Of a stretch of 64,000 nucleotides of DNA, positions 34,228 through 46,855 are shown in pieces (position 1 is the first letter of the stretch; each line of letters opens with the position of its first letter). Below the pieces are notes generated by a model that was not told where the DNA came from, searched no databases, and saw nothing but the letters and a program-made list of their open reading frames with translations. The stretch is from contig CAWBVY010000006.1 in the NCBI GenBank assembly GCA_963792415.1, positions 768,001 through 832,000 on the forward strand, written 5' to 3'. Source of the DNA: Candidatus Deferrimicrobiaceae bacterium (GTDB lineage Bacteria > Desulfobacterota > Deferrimicrobia > Deferrimicrobiales > Deferrimicrobiaceae). The position numbers were made by a program, and so were the translations under genes.

Positions 34228-35164
34228 GGGAGACCTCCAACCCCGGGGGCCCCGACACGCGCCGGAACGACGCGATCGCAACCTCGATCTGGGGCAGGTC
34301 CGGCTCCCGGGTGGTCAGCCGCTGCAGCCACAGCCCCGGAGCAACGAGCGCCCGGAACCAGGGAGACCGGGTCCTTTTCGCCGACATCCGCAGCACCTCG
34401 TAGGAGATCCCCGCGATCGCGGGGATCAGCGGGAGACGCAGGAGCGCCTTCGCCAGCAGGGAGCTCTCCCTCGGGATGAGGGAGAAGACGAGGATGCTGA
34501 TCACCATGACGAACAGGAGGAAGCTGGTGCCGCACCGCGGGTGCAGGCGCGGGTACTCCCCCACCGCTTCGGGCGAGAGATCCGCCTTTGCCTCGTAGGC
34601 ATTGATCACCTTGTGCTCCGCGCCGTGGTACTCGAAGATCCTCCGGATGTCCTTCATCCGCGTGATCCCGACGATGTACATGACGAAGACCAGCACCCGG
34701 ATCGCCCCGTCCGCGAGGTTGAAGGCGATCGACCCCCGGAGGGCGGGGACCAGGCCGGCCAGAAGATGGGTCGCGTACAGCGGGAGCAGGAAAAAGAGGC
34801 CGACACCCAGGAGGAGCGCCATCGCCATGGCGCCCGCCATGGCCAACCCCCCGGACTTCGGACTTGCCCCCGCGTCCTTCGCTTCGGCCGACGCGCCTTC
34901 CGCGTCCTCCATCGCCTCGTCCGCCGAGTATTGCAGGGCTCGGTACCCGATCGCCAGCATCGCCGCCATCGTCACCACACCGCGGACCACCGGAATCTTC
35001 GCGATCCGCTTCCTCGCGGCCGATTCCACGAGGGGGAAGTCCCGGACCCGGATCTCCCCGCTCGCCTTCCGCACCGCGACCGCGTACGCCAGCGGGCCCT
35101 TCATCATCACGCCCTCGATGACCGCCTGGCCGCCGAGAACGAGTTCCTTCGGTTCCCGGGGCAT
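34217..35164 (-). CDS. DUF1385 membrane protein
   Basis: [35 protein letters not shown]. Confidence 0.9.
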   Translation of the reverse strand: MPREPKELVLGGQAVIEGVMMKGPLAYAVAVRKASGEIRVRDFPLVESAARKRIAKIPVVRGVVTMAAMLAIGYRALQYSADEAMEDAEGASAEAKDAGASPKSGGLAMAGAMAMALLLGVGLFFLLPLYATHLLAGLVPALRGSIAFNLADGAIRVLVFVMYIVGITRMKDIRRIFEYHGAEHKVINAYEAKADLSPEAVGEYPRLHPRCGTSFLLFVMVISILVFSLIPRESSLLAKALLRLPLIPAIAGISYEVLRMSAKRTRSPWFRALVAPGLWLQRLTTREPDLPQIEVAIASFRRVSGPPGLEVSLVG

Positions 35165-35865
35165 CAGGCGCCGACCCCCTTCCCGAGGGCAGCGATCTCC
35201 CGGCGGACTTCCGACGGCTCGCCGCAGGTCATCTTCCCTTCCGGGCACCGGCCCCGGACGCAGCCGGGACCCGCCGTCTCGAACAGCAGCGGCGCCCGCT
35301 CCCTCGCGGCCGAGAGCATCCGTTTCGCCATCTCGCGGATCTCCCACTGCGCCCTGCGGCACGTGCGCAGGGAGAAGAAATGATGCAGTTCACGCGCGTT
35401 CATCGTGATCAGGATCTTCGTTTCCGTCGCGTTGGGAAGAGCGAAGCGCGCGTCCTCCGGCGGGACGCCGGCCTTCATCAATTTCGCGTAGAGACGGGAA
35501 CAGGCGGCCATGTGGCGCTCATACTCGACCAACAGGCCGGGGGAAGCCGCGACGGCCGGGGGAGTTACGTACCCGAACTTCGCGGCGACGTACCGCTGGC
35601 TCTGCTGGGAATACGAGGCGATGCGGTGGCGGACCAGCTGGTGCGAGGCGGCGCGGGAGATCCCCTCGACGCCGTAGGTGAGGGTCACGTGCTCGAGGAC
35701 GGAGGCATGCCCCATCGAGAGGACCCGGCGGATGAGATCCCTCGCGTCGCGCCGGGAGATCTCCTCCCGGAGTTCTCCGATCGACGCGGGAGAGTAGCAG
35801 AGCCGCGCCGCGAGCGCGACGACGCGCTCCGGGTCAGGCGTGCACGTGAGCAGCGAGACGTTCAC
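35164..35865 (-). CDS. thyX: FAD-dependent thymidylate synthase
   Basis: [36 protein letters not shown]. Confidence 0.96.
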   Translation of the reverse strand: MNVSLLTCTPDPERVVALAARLCYSPASIGELREEISRRDARDLIRRVLSMGHASVLEHVTLTYGVEGISRAASHQLVRHRIASYSQQSQRYVAAKFGYVTPPAVAASPGLLVEYERHMAACSRLYAKLMKAGVPPEDARFALPNATETKILITMNARELHHFFSLRTCRRAQWEIREMAKRMLSAARERAPLLFETAGPGCVRGRCPEGKMTCGEPSEVRREIAALGKGVGA

Positions 35866-35889
35866 GGCCGCAAGGGCCCCTCCGGGGCC

Positions 35890-36099
35890 CTATGCCTTCG
35901 CCCCCTTGCCGTACTTCTTCTCGAACTTCTCGATCCGTCCCGCGGTGTCGATCAGCTTCTGCTTGCCCGTGAAGAACGGGTGACAGTTGGAGCAGATGGC
36001 CACCTTGATCTCCTCCGAGAGCGACTTCGTCTCGAAGGTGTTCCCGCAGGCGCACTTCACGGTCGTGGTGACGTACTTCGGATGAATGTTTTCCCTCAT
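35890..36099 (-). CDS. rpmE: 50S ribosomal protein L31 (zinc-binding type)
   Basis: [25 protein letters not shown]. Confidence 0.97.
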   Translation of the reverse strand: MRENIHPKYVTTTVKCACGNTFETKSLSEEIKVAICSNCHPFFTGKQKLIDTAGRIEKFEKKYGKGAKA

Positions 36100-36122
36100 C
36101 GTTCCGTTTCCTTTCCGCCGTT

Positions 36123-37370
36123 TCAGGCGTTCATCGATTCGATGAACTCCTTGTTCGTCTTGGTCTTGGAGATCTTGTCCAGGAGGAACTCCATGCTCTC
36201 CGCCGGCGACAGGGGGGAGAGGAACTTCCGCAGAATCCAGACCCGCTGGAGAAGGTTCTTCTCGAGGAGAAGCTCCTCCTTCCGCGTGCCGGACTTGTTG
36301 ATGTCGATGGCCGGGAAGATCCGCTTCTCTGCGATCTTCCGGTCCAGGACGAGCTCGTTGTTGCCGGTCCCCTTGAACTCCTCGAAGATCACCTCGTCCA
36401 TCCGGCTGCCGGTCTCGATGAGAGCCGTCGCGATGATGGTCAGCGACCCCCCTTCCTCGATGTTCCGGGCCGCCCCGAAGAACCGCTTCGGCTTCTGGAG
36501 GGCGTTGGCGTCTACGCCGCCGGAGAGGACCTTCCCCGACGGGGGGACGACGGCGTTGTAGGCCCGCGCCAGCCGCGTGATGCTGTCGAGCAGGATGACC
36601 ACGTCCTTCTTGTGCTCCACCAGGCGCTTCGCCTTCTCGAGGACCATCTCCGCCACCTGGACGTGGCGCTGCGCCGGCTCGTCGAACGTGGAGGAGATGA
36701 CTTCGCCTACGACGCTGCGCTGCATGTCGGTCACCTCCTCGGGGCGCTCGTCGATGAGCAGCACGATCAGGACCGCCTCGGGGTGGTTCTTGGTGAGGCC
36801 GTTCGCGATGTTCTGGAGGATGACCGTTTTCCCCGCCCGCGGCGGGGAGGTGATCAGCGCGCGCTGCCCCTTGCCGATCGGCGCGATCAGGTCGATGATC
36901 CGGGTGGCGTAGTTGTCGTGCACGTATTCCATCGTGAACTTTTCCTGGGGGTAGAGGGGCGTCAAGTTGTCGAAGAGGATCTTGTCCTTGCTGATTTCGG
37001 GATCTTCGTAGTTGACCTTCTCGACTTTCAGGAGGGCGAAGTACCGCTCGTCCCCCTTGGGCGCCCGGATCTGTCCGCTGACGGTGTCCCCCGTGCGCAG
37101 GCCGAAGCGGCGGATCTGGGAGGGGGAGACGTAGATGTCGTCGGGACCCGGGAGGTAGTTGGAGTCGGGGGCGCGGAGGAACCCGTAGCCGTCGGGGAGG
37201 ACCTCGAGGACCCCCTCTCCGGAGACGATCACCTCCTGATCGGTCTGGGACTGGAGGATGGCGAAGATGAGTTCCTGCTTTTTCAGGCCGGCGGCGCCGT
37301 CCACGTTCATCTTCCTGGCGATCTCGGTCAGATCGCCGATCCGCATTCCTTTCAACTCTTTCAGGTTCAT
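36123..37370 (-). CDS. rho: Transcription termination factor Rho
   Basis: [39 protein letters not shown]. Confidence 0.98.
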   Translation of the reverse strand: MNLKELKGMRIGDLTEIARKMNVDGAAGLKKQELIFAILQSQTDQEVIVSGEGVLEVLPDGYGFLRAPDSNYLPGPDDIYVSPSQIRRFGLRTGDTVSGQIRAPKGDERYFALLKVEKVNYEDPEISKDKILFDNLTPLYPQEKFTMEYVHDNYATRIIDLIAPIGKGQRALITSPPRAGKTVILQNIANGLTKNHPEAVLIVLLIDERPEEVTDMQRSVVGEVISSTFDEPAQRHVQVAEMVLEKAKRLVEHKKDVVILLDSITRLARAYNAVVPPSGKVLSGGVDANALQKPKRFFGAARNIEEGGSLTIIATALIETGSRMDEVIFEEFKGTGNNELVLDRKIAEKRIFPAIDINKSGTRKEELLLEKNLLQRVWILRKFLSPLSPAESMEFLLDKISKTKTNKEFIESMNA

Positions 37371-37511
37371 GAACGCTCCCCCGGGAACATGGGTATTCTC
37401 GCGCGGCAAATGGAAACCACCGTCTTCAACGTGGTGGATAAACGCTCGGAAGGCACTCCAAAGGGCAGTGGGTTATCGCCGAATGTACGCTGATCTGGTC
37501 CGGAAGGTACA

Positions 37512-37540
37512 AGAGTACCTCAGCAACGCCCTCCCGTCAA
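37512..37540 (-). promoter_or_regulatory. Putative sigma70 promoter of rho
   Basis: TTGACG-N17-TACTCT on the minus strand, overlapping the pgeF stop codon. Confidence 0.55.
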
Positions 37541-38265
37541 TCCCTGATGTAGAGAAAACTCAACTGCCGGGCGGTCGTCGATTTTTCTCGGCGGAAGGAG
37601 TGGAAACGAGGGGAGCAGATCGTGCAGGGCCCCGCCGCCCCCGTTTGTCCGGCGGGAATCCCGGCGCTCCGGAGCGCCTCGAGGGCGATCGCCTGCAGGT
37701 CGGCGGTCCACTTCCCCGACGCTTTCCCCTTCCTCAGGTGCTTCCCATCCCCCGGAAGGCCGCGGAGCGCCTCCGCCGTATCCCCCCCGACCTCGTAGCA
37801 GCATCCCCGCGCGCAGGGACCCGCGACGGCGACGATCCCCTCCACGGCGGCGTCCCCGAATCGCCCCGCAAGGGCGCGGACCGTTCCCTCGACGATCCCG
37901 GCGGCGAGCCCCCGCCACCCCGCGTGGACGGCCGCGGCGACGCGGATCTCCCGGTGGGCGAGAAGGATGGGGACGCAATCCGCCGTGTGGACCCCCACCC
38001 CGGTCCCGGGGCTCTCGGTCCAGAGGGCGTCTCCCTCCCGCTTCCACCCGCCGGGGACATCCCCGTCTCCCGGTTCGAAGAAAAGAACGGACGCCGAGTG
38101 AACCTGCTTCAGCGTCCCGACCGTTTCCGCGGCAATGGAGAAGACCTCCCGGAGCCGCTCGCGACGCCCCCGTCCCTCCACCGGATCCACGCCGAGGAAG
38201 GCGTGGTAGACCCCCGGCACGGAACGCAGCAGGGGGGACTGCTCGAAGTGCGGAAGGGGGTTCAT
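37537..38265 (-). CDS. pgeF: PgeF/YfiH-family protein
   Basis: QVHS, TADCVPILL, HAGWRG, CYEVG, FHSFRR; follows rluD. Confidence 0.92.
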   Translation of the reverse strand: MNPLPHFEQSPLLRSVPGVYHAFLGVDPVEGRGRRERLREVFSIAAETVGTLKQVHSASVLFFEPGDGDVPGGWKREGDALWTESPGTGVGVHTADCVPILLAHREIRVAAAVHAGWRGLAAGIVEGTVRALAGRFGDAAVEGIVAVAGPCARGCCYEVGGDTAEALRGLPGDGKHLRKGKASGKWTADLQAIALEALRSAGIPAGQTGAAGPCTICSPRFHSFRREKSTTARQLSFLYIRD

Positions 38266-39218
38266 GGCGTGACGGCGGAGCGAAAAGCGGCGAACTCCGG
38301 CGGGTCGGGGATGGTGAAGGAGAGAAGTTCCCCGGTAACCGGGTGCGGAAACGCCAGGTGGAACGCGTGCAGGAGAAAGCGGGAAACGGTCACCGTCCCC
38401 GCGGACGCCCCCTTCCCGAGGGGGATCCTCCGCGACCTTCCGTACACGTCGTCCCCGACGATCGGACAGCCGAGGTGCGCGCAGTGCACCCGCACCTGGT
38501 GGGTGCGTCCCGTCTCCAGCCGGAATTCGAGAAGGGAGAAGGGGCCGAACGTTTCGAGCCTCCGGTAGCGGGTGACCGCCTCCCGCCCCCCCGCCGGCAG
38601 CACCGCCATCTTTTTCCGGTGGACAGGATGCCTCCCGATCCGCGTCGACACGGTCCCGGTGTCCGCAGGCGGGCCCCCGAAGACGATCCCATGGTATTTC
38701 CGGTCCATCGCGTGGGCCGCAAAACGGGCGGACAGCGTCCCGTGGGCGGCGTCGGTCCTCGCGACGACGAGAACTCCGGAGGTATCCCGGTCGAGCCGGT
38801 GGACGATCCCCGGGCGGGAAACCCCCCCGATCCCGGACAAGGTGTCGGAGCGGCCGAGAAGCGCGTTCACGAGGGTTCCGCGGGAGTGCCCCGGCGCGGG
38901 ATGAACCACCATGCCGGCAGGCTTGTCGACGACCAGCAGGTGGGCATCTTCATACAGCACGTGGAGGGGAAGATCCTCCGCCATCATGTCGAGCGGTACG
39001 GGCGGAGGGACGACGACGGTCATCGGTTCCCCGCCCTTCAGGCGGGTCGACGGACGCACGATTTCTCCCGCCAGCCGGACGTTCCCCTCCTCGATCAACC
39101 GCTGCCCGCGCGCCCGGGAAATCCCCGGGATCGCCTCGGAAAGGTACCGGTCGAGACGCTCCCCCGCCCGGTCGGCCGGAACGATCAGCCGGTGCGTCCC
39201 GCCCGGTTCGTCCGGCAC
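38262..39218 (-). CDS. rluD: RluA/RluD-family 23S rRNA pseudouridine synthase
   Basis: S4 domain RLDRYL, KPAGMVVHP, HRLDRDTSG, TGRTHQVRVH. Confidence 0.92.
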   Translation of the reverse strand: MPDEPGGTHRLIVPADRAGERLDRYLSEAIPGISRARGQRLIEEGNVRLAGEIVRPSTRLKGGEPMTVVVPPPVPLDMMAEDLPLHVLYEDAHLLVVDKPAGMVVHPAPGHSRGTLVNALLGRSDTLSGIGGVSRPGIVHRLDRDTSGVLVVARTDAAHGTLSARFAAHAMDRKYHGIVFGGPPADTGTVSTRIGRHPVHRKKMAVLPAGGREAVTRYRRLETFGPFSLLEFRLETGRTHQVRVHCAHLGCPIVGDDVYGRSRRIPLGKGASAGTVTVSRFLLHAFHLAFPHPVTGELLSFTIPDPPEFAAFRSAVTP

Positions 39219-39219
39219 G

Positions 39220-39486
39220 CTACCAGATCTTCGAGGGGATGTGGCCGGCCGGCTTGAACAGCACATCCACCAGGGCCTGGTCGAAATAATTCGTGCTCTT
39301 CGCGATCTCGGGATCGACGCGGCTCAGGTAGTAGCCTCGTCCCTCCACGATCTCCTCCTTCAGGAGATCGAACAGGGTGTCGTTCCGGACCCCTTCCTCG
39401 ACTTTCATCGCGTTGTACAGCGCAATGTCCGACACCACCGCCCGGGCAATCCGCCGGGCCACGTCCGTGTCCTTCACCACTCCCAT
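39220..39486 (-). CDS. Small 88-aa protein, probable RomX homologue
   Basis: ARRIARAVVSDIALYN...EEIVEGR..Y.SRV...SKIW resembles Myxococcus RomX as I recall it (not searched); AGGAG RBS upstream. Confidence 0.6.
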   Translation of the reverse strand: MGVVKDTDVARRIARAVVSDIALYNAMKVEEGVRNDTLFDLLKEEIVEGRGYYLSRVDPEIAKSTNYFDQALVDVLFKPAGHIPSKIW

Positions 39487-39520
39487 CGGCTCCTCCTCAG
39501 GAGACTATCGGATGGTCTCC

Positions 39521-40924
39521 TCACCTGCTTTTCAGCGCCACATATAGCTGAACACCCTCCCGGTAGACCAGGGCGAAGGACGGCCGCCCCCGGGAGAGTC
39601 GCGACACGGCCTTCCGGTACTCATCGAGGCCGCGAACCGTTTCCCGGTTGATGGAGAGAAGGATGTCCCCTTCCCGGACACCACCGTCCCACGCCGGGCT
39701 GGAGGTCTCGACGTACGTCACTTCGACGCCTCCGCGAAGCTCCATCTCCCGCAGCAGCTGCTTTGGCACGGGCCGCAAGGCCATCCCGAGGGGATCCACC
39801 GGCTCGCGGGGGGGCGGGCGTCTTGCCTCTGCCTGCTTCTCCGCCTCTTCGACCGTGACCGTCGCCGCCACACGCTTCCCCTCGCGGAGCACCTCGAGCG
39901 TCACCGGGGAACCGGGCGCCGTCCCAGCGACCAGCCGCTGGAACTCCTTCACCCCCGATACGCGGGTTTTTCCGAACGCGACGAGGATGTCTCCCATCCG
40001 GACCCCTCCCCGCTCGGCGGGGCTGCCGGGGACGATGCGGTTCACCAGGATCCCCTTTTCCCCCTTCGCTCCGAAGGCGTCCGCGAGCTCCGGGAGGAGG
40101 ACCTGGATTCCCAGGCCGAGCCACCCCCGCCGAACCGCCCCGTGTGCGACCAGGTCCTGCTCCACCGCCCGGACCGTGTTGATCGGGATGGCGAATCCGA
40201 GCCCCTGGCCCGCGGTCACCATCGCGGTGTTGATCCCGACGACTTCCCCCCGGGCGTTGAGGAGGGGTCCCCCCGAGTTTCCCGGGTTGATCGACGCGTC
40301 GGTCTGGATGAATTCGTCTCCCCCTTCGAGGTCCGGCTCCGCGCTGCGCCCGGTCGCGCTCACCACGCCGAGGGTCACCGTGCTCTCGAGGCCGAACGGG
40401 TTCCCCACCGCGATTGCGAACTCCCCGACCTTCAGGCGGGAGGAGTCGCCCAGCGTCGCCACCGGGAGTTTCCCGGACGGCTGGATCCGCAGCACGGCCA
40501 CGTCCGTCCGGACGTCCGCGCCGACCACCTTCGCCCGATGCTCGCTCCGATCCGAAAGACGGACCACGATCTCGTCCGCGTCGCGGATGACGTGCTCGTT
40601 GGTGACGATCAGCCCGTCCTCACCGATGATGACCCCCGACCCGAGGGAGTTCTCGCGAAATCCGCCGTTCTCCTCGAGCAGGTCCACGAGATACTCCGGC
40701 GGCCGGCCGTCCGGCGACCGCTCCGACACCGGCGTTCCGCGGGTGAAGCGGGTGACCGTGCGGATGTTGACCACCGCCGGGACGGACCGCTCCACGGCGG
40801 CGACGAGCGCCTGCTGGACCGCCGCGACGCTGGACGGCGCCGGCGCGCTCCCCTGCCCCCCGCCGGTGCATGCAGTGAAGACCGGGAGCAGGAGAAGGAC
40901 GGAGAGAACCACCTTCCCCTTCAT
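39521..40924 (-). CDS. HtrA/DegQ serine protease with two PDZ domains
   Basis: TNEHV, DVAV, INPGNSGGPL catalytic triad; GWLGL PDZ; N-terminal signal peptide. Confidence 0.94.
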   Translation of the reverse strand: MKGKVVLSVLLLLPVFTACTGGGQGSAPAPSSVAAVQQALVAAVERSVPAVVNIRTVTRFTRGTPVSERSPDGRPPEYLVDLLEENGGFRENSLGSGVIIGEDGLIVTNEHVIRDADEIVVRLSDRSEHRAKVVGADVRTDVAVLRIQPSGKLPVATLGDSSRLKVGEFAIAVGNPFGLESTVTLGVVSATGRSAEPDLEGGDEFIQTDASINPGNSGGPLLNARGEVVGINTAMVTAGQGLGFAIPINTVRAVEQDLVAHGAVRRGWLGLGIQVLLPELADAFGAKGEKGILVNRIVPGSPAERGGVRMGDILVAFGKTRVSGVKEFQRLVAGTAPGSPVTLEVLREGKRVAATVTVEEAEKQAEARRPPPREPVDPLGMALRPVPKQLLREMELRGGVEVTYVETSSPAWDGGVREGDILLSINRETVRGLDEYRKAVSRLSRGRPSFALVYREGVQLYVALKSR

Positions 40925-41868
40925 AGGGAGTCGTCCGATTCCGGGTTTGTCGGCAGCTGCGCGGATCGCGCATACCCGACATCCTTCTCGATCTGGCGCA
41001 CCAGTTCCTCCGCGCTCTTGAACTTCCGCTCGTCACGAATGCGGTCCCGGAAGCGCACCGTCATATCCTGCCCGTAGAGATCCCCCTCGAAGTCGAGGAG
41101 GTGCGCCTCCACCCCGAGGGAGTTCTCCCCGAAGGTCGGGTTGAACCCGACGTTGGCCACCCCTCTCCGCACGATACCCCCTACGGCGGCGTCGATGACG
41201 TACACTCCCGGCAGCGGGAGGAGTTCCTGCACGAACTCGACGTTCGCCGTCGGAAACCCGAGCTTCCGTCCACGGGCGGCGCCGGGAATCACCTTGCCGG
41301 ACACCGCATACGGGCGGCAGAGCAGTTCCTCGGCCTCCCGCACCCGTCCCGACAGCAGGAGTTCCCGGATACGGCTGGAGCTCACGATCGCGCCCCCGCG
41401 CATGAGCGGCGGGACGACATCCACCTCGAATCCCAGCTCCCGCCCGATCCGGCGGAGCATCCCGGGAGACCCCGTCCGGTTCCTTCCGAAGGTGAAGTCG
41501 TACCCCACCGTGACGAAACGGGCGCGCAGCCGCTCATGGACGACCGTCCGGGCGAACTCCTCCGGTCCCATCCCCCCGATCGCCCCGGTGAACGATTCGA
41601 CGACCAGGAGATCGATCCCGAGCTTTTCCATCCTGGACGCCTTTTCCCCCAATGAGGTGATCTCGTAGAACCGCGCCCTGGGGGTGAAGAAACGGACCGG
41701 ATGCGGCGTGAAGGTGAGCGCGACGGCCTGGAGACGCAGATCCCGGGCATGCGCCACGGTCCGCCGCAGGAGCTCCCGATGGCCAAGGTGCACCCCGTCG
41801 AAATTCCCGATCGTCATGGAACTCTCCCCGGACGGGGAGAAGTTCCCGGATCCCTCGATGACATCCAT
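40921..41868 (-). CDS. ribF: Bifunctional riboflavin kinase/FAD synthetase
   Basis: GNFDGVHLGH, VSSSRIR, GFPTAN, GVY, EAHLLDF. Confidence 0.96.
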   Translation of the reverse strand: MDVIEGSGNFSPSGESSMTIGNFDGVHLGHRELLRRTVAHARDLRLQAVALTFTPHPVRFFTPRARFYEITSLGEKASRMEKLGIDLLVVESFTGAIGGMGPEEFARTVVHERLRARFVTVGYDFTFGRNRTGSPGMLRRIGRELGFEVDVVPPLMRGGAIVSSSRIRELLLSGRVREAEELLCRPYAVSGKVIPGAARGRKLGFPTANVEFVQELLPLPGVYVIDAAVGGIVRRGVANVGFNPTFGENSLGVEAHLLDFEGDLYGQDMTVRFRDRIRDERKFKSAEELVRQIEKDVGYARSAQLPTNPESDDSL

Positions 41869-41939
41869 TCGGCCCGACCGTCCCATCATCCCGGTTCCGG
41901 GCTCCTCCGGCGGGGGATGATAAAGTATGATACTACACG

Positions 41940-43073
41940 ATGAGAATCACACGGAAATATCTGCTCGGCGAAATGACCGGCCCGTTCCTGGTCGGTGTGG
42001 GAAGCTTCACCGTCATCGTCCTGCTCCAGCAATTCTCCCGGCTCGCGGACCTGGTGATCGCGAAGGGGGTGTCGACGCCCCTGGTCGGGCGCCTCCTCCT
42101 CTCCCTCATCCCCCCGTTTTTCGAGATCACCCTTCCCGCCTCCCTGCTCCTCGCGGCCCTGCTCGGCCTGGGGCGGCTCGCCGCGGACTCGGAGACGACG
42201 GCGCTCTCCGCCGCCGGGGTGGGGATGCGTGGAGTCGCCCCCCCCGTGCTGGTCGCCAGCGTCATCACTTGCGCCGCTGTGCTGCTCACCGGATGGCACG
42301 GGGTCCCCTGGGGGTACCTCGAGACGCAGCGCACCCTCGCCCGGATCGTCTCCGAGCGCGCCGGCGCCGGCGCCTCCGGGCACGTCTTCCGCGAGATCAC
42401 CCCCGATGTCCTGGTGTATCCCGACCGGGTCTCCCCGGACGGGCAGCAGATGTCCGGGGTCTTTCTCTCCTTCCGTCCGGCGGGAGACGATCCGCTTCTC
42501 GTGTTCGCACGCGAGGGGCGGTTCGTACCTTCCACCGGCGACGGGGTGGTCGCCCTGGAGTTGCTGGACGGAACCATCCACGCCGAACCGACGGAAAAGC
42601 CGTTGTACCGCGTCGCCTCCTTCGGCCGGATGACGTTCCGGATCCCCCTCGAGGCCTCCTCCATTCAAGGAAGGAACGACCCGAAAGGGATGACCCTCCC
42701 CGAACTGTCACGGAAGATCGACGCGACCGGGGGCAGAGGGGCGAACGCCACCTATCGGTACCATTTTCACCGCCGGCTCTCCCTCGCCGTGAGCTGTCTT
42801 TCCTTCGGCCTGCTCGCGATTCCGCTCGGATTCTCCCTGCGATCCCGCGCGAAATCGTCCGCGGTCGGGATCACAGTCGCCATGTTCCTGATCTACTACC
42901 TGTTCATCGCCGCGGCGGGAGCGGTGGAGAAACGCTCCGGTCCCGGCATGATCGCCCTCCTCTGGGCGCCAAACACCCTCGGGCTCACCCTCGCCGCGTG
43001 GATCCTCTGGCGGTCGGAGCACCATGTGACACTCTTCCCCCGCTTCTTCGGCGGGGATCGGCTCCGCAAATGA
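41940..43073 (+). CDS. lptF: LPS export ABC transporter permease LptF
   Basis: YjgP/YjgQ pattern: RLAADSETTALSAAGV, RRLSLAVSC..LAIPLG, WAPN. Confidence 0.88.
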   Translation: MRITRKYLLGEMTGPFLVGVGSFTVIVLLQQFSRLADLVIAKGVSTPLVGRLLLSLIPPFFEITLPASLLLAALLGLGRLAADSETTALSAAGVGMRGVAPPVLVASVITCAAVLLTGWHGVPWGYLETQRTLARIVSERAGAGASGHVFREITPDVLVYPDRVSPDGQQMSGVFLSFRPAGDDPLLVFAREGRFVPSTGDGVVALELLDGTIHAEPTEKPLYRVASFGRMTFRIPLEASSIQGRNDPKGMTLPELSRKIDATGGRGANATYRYHFHRRLSLAVSCLSFGLLAIPLGFSLRSRAKSSAVGITVAMFLIYYLFIAAAGAVEKRSGPGMIALLWAPNTLGLTLAAWILWRSEHHVTLFPRFFGGDRLRK

Positions 43074-44146
43074 CCGTCATCTCGCGCTACCTGTTCCGGG
43101 AGTTCCTGCGCGCCGCGGCCGCCTGCATCCTCGGCTTCCTCCTCCTGTTCCTGCTGATCGACTTCGTCGACCATGCCGAGAAATTGCTGCGTCACAACGC
43201 GAACCTCGGGGAAATCGGGTGGTACTACCTCACCCGCGTGCCGGGCATCTTCGTGCTGATCTCCCCGGTCGGGACGATGCTTGCCGTGCTGGTCGCCGTC
43301 TCCCTGCGCGTGCGCTCGAACGAACTGACGGCGATCTTCTCCAGCGGGGTGAGCCTTCTCCGCGCCTGCGCGCCGATCCTGGTGGGATGCGCCCTGGTGT
43401 CGGCCCTGTCGCTGCTCTGCTCCGAGGTGCTGGCGCCGGCCGCGAACCGGCACGCCCGGGAGATCGAGCGCCTCCGCATGCGGCCGGGAAGGGTGGCGGC
43501 GCAGTTCTCGGGGAACCGATACTGGATGCGCGGCGAGCGGGGGATCCTCTCCGCCCAGGTGGTGGACGGTCCGTCCCGGTCGCTGCAGGGGTTCCAGTAC
43601 ATCGAGGTGGACCGGGATTTCCGCCCGCTGCGCAGGGTCGAGTCCCGGAGAGCCCGCCTTCTTCCCGATGGCGCGTGGGAGCTTGCGGAAGGAAGGGAGC
43701 GGATCTTCGGAGAAACGCCGTCGGTGGCTGCGTTTTCCCTCCGGACGTACCCGTTCCCGGAAACGATGGACGGGTTCCTCGAGGGGGAAACCCCCACCGA
43801 GGAGATGACCTACGCGCAGCTTTCCGGGTACGTCGGGGAATTGCGGCGGAAGGGGTACGAGGCGGGAGGACACGAAACCGACCTCCACGCGAAGATCGCC
43901 TACCCCCTGTTGAACATCCTCATCAGCATGCTGGCGATCCCCTTCGCACTGCGCTCTCCCCGGTCGGGCGGCGTCTGGCGCAGCATCGGGCTCGGACTCC
44001 TCATCGGGTTCGCCTGCTGGGTCGTACTGTCCGTGTCCCTCTCTCTGGGCAGGAAGGGGATCCTCCCGGCCCTGCTGGCCGCGTGGCTCCCCGGGGTCCT
44101 CTTCGCAGGCTCCGGGGCCGCGCTGTTCCGCGGCATAAACCGGTAG
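43070..44146 (+). CDS. lptG: LPS export ABC transporter permease LptG
   Basis: MTVISRYLFRE, SNELTAIFSSGVSL, KIAYPL, LAAWLP; ATGA overlap with lptF. Confidence 0.88.
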   Translation: MTVISRYLFREFLRAAAACILGFLLLFLLIDFVDHAEKLLRHNANLGEIGWYYLTRVPGIFVLISPVGTMLAVLVAVSLRVRSNELTAIFSSGVSLLRACAPILVGCALVSALSLLCSEVLAPAANRHAREIERLRMRPGRVAAQFSGNRYWMRGERGILSAQVVDGPSRSLQGFQYIEVDRDFRPLRRVESRRARLLPDGAWELAEGRERIFGETPSVAAFSLRTYPFPETMDGFLEGETPTEEMTYAQLSGYVGELRRKGYEAGGHETDLHAKIAYPLLNILISMLAIPFALRSPRSGGVWRSIGLGLLIGFACWVVLSVSLSLGRKGILPALLAAWLPGVLFAGSGAALFRGINR

Positions 44147-44149
44147 GTC

Positions 44150-46809
<2,660 letters not shown>

Positions 46810-46855
46810 ATCTCTCCCGTACCGCGAAAATGGATTCCAAACAGTGGATTGTATT

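Noticed and set aside
37433-37441. DnaA-box-like GGTGGATAA in the rho leader
   Set aside because: A single mismatched 9-mer with no cluster or unwinding element; likely chance and not an origin.
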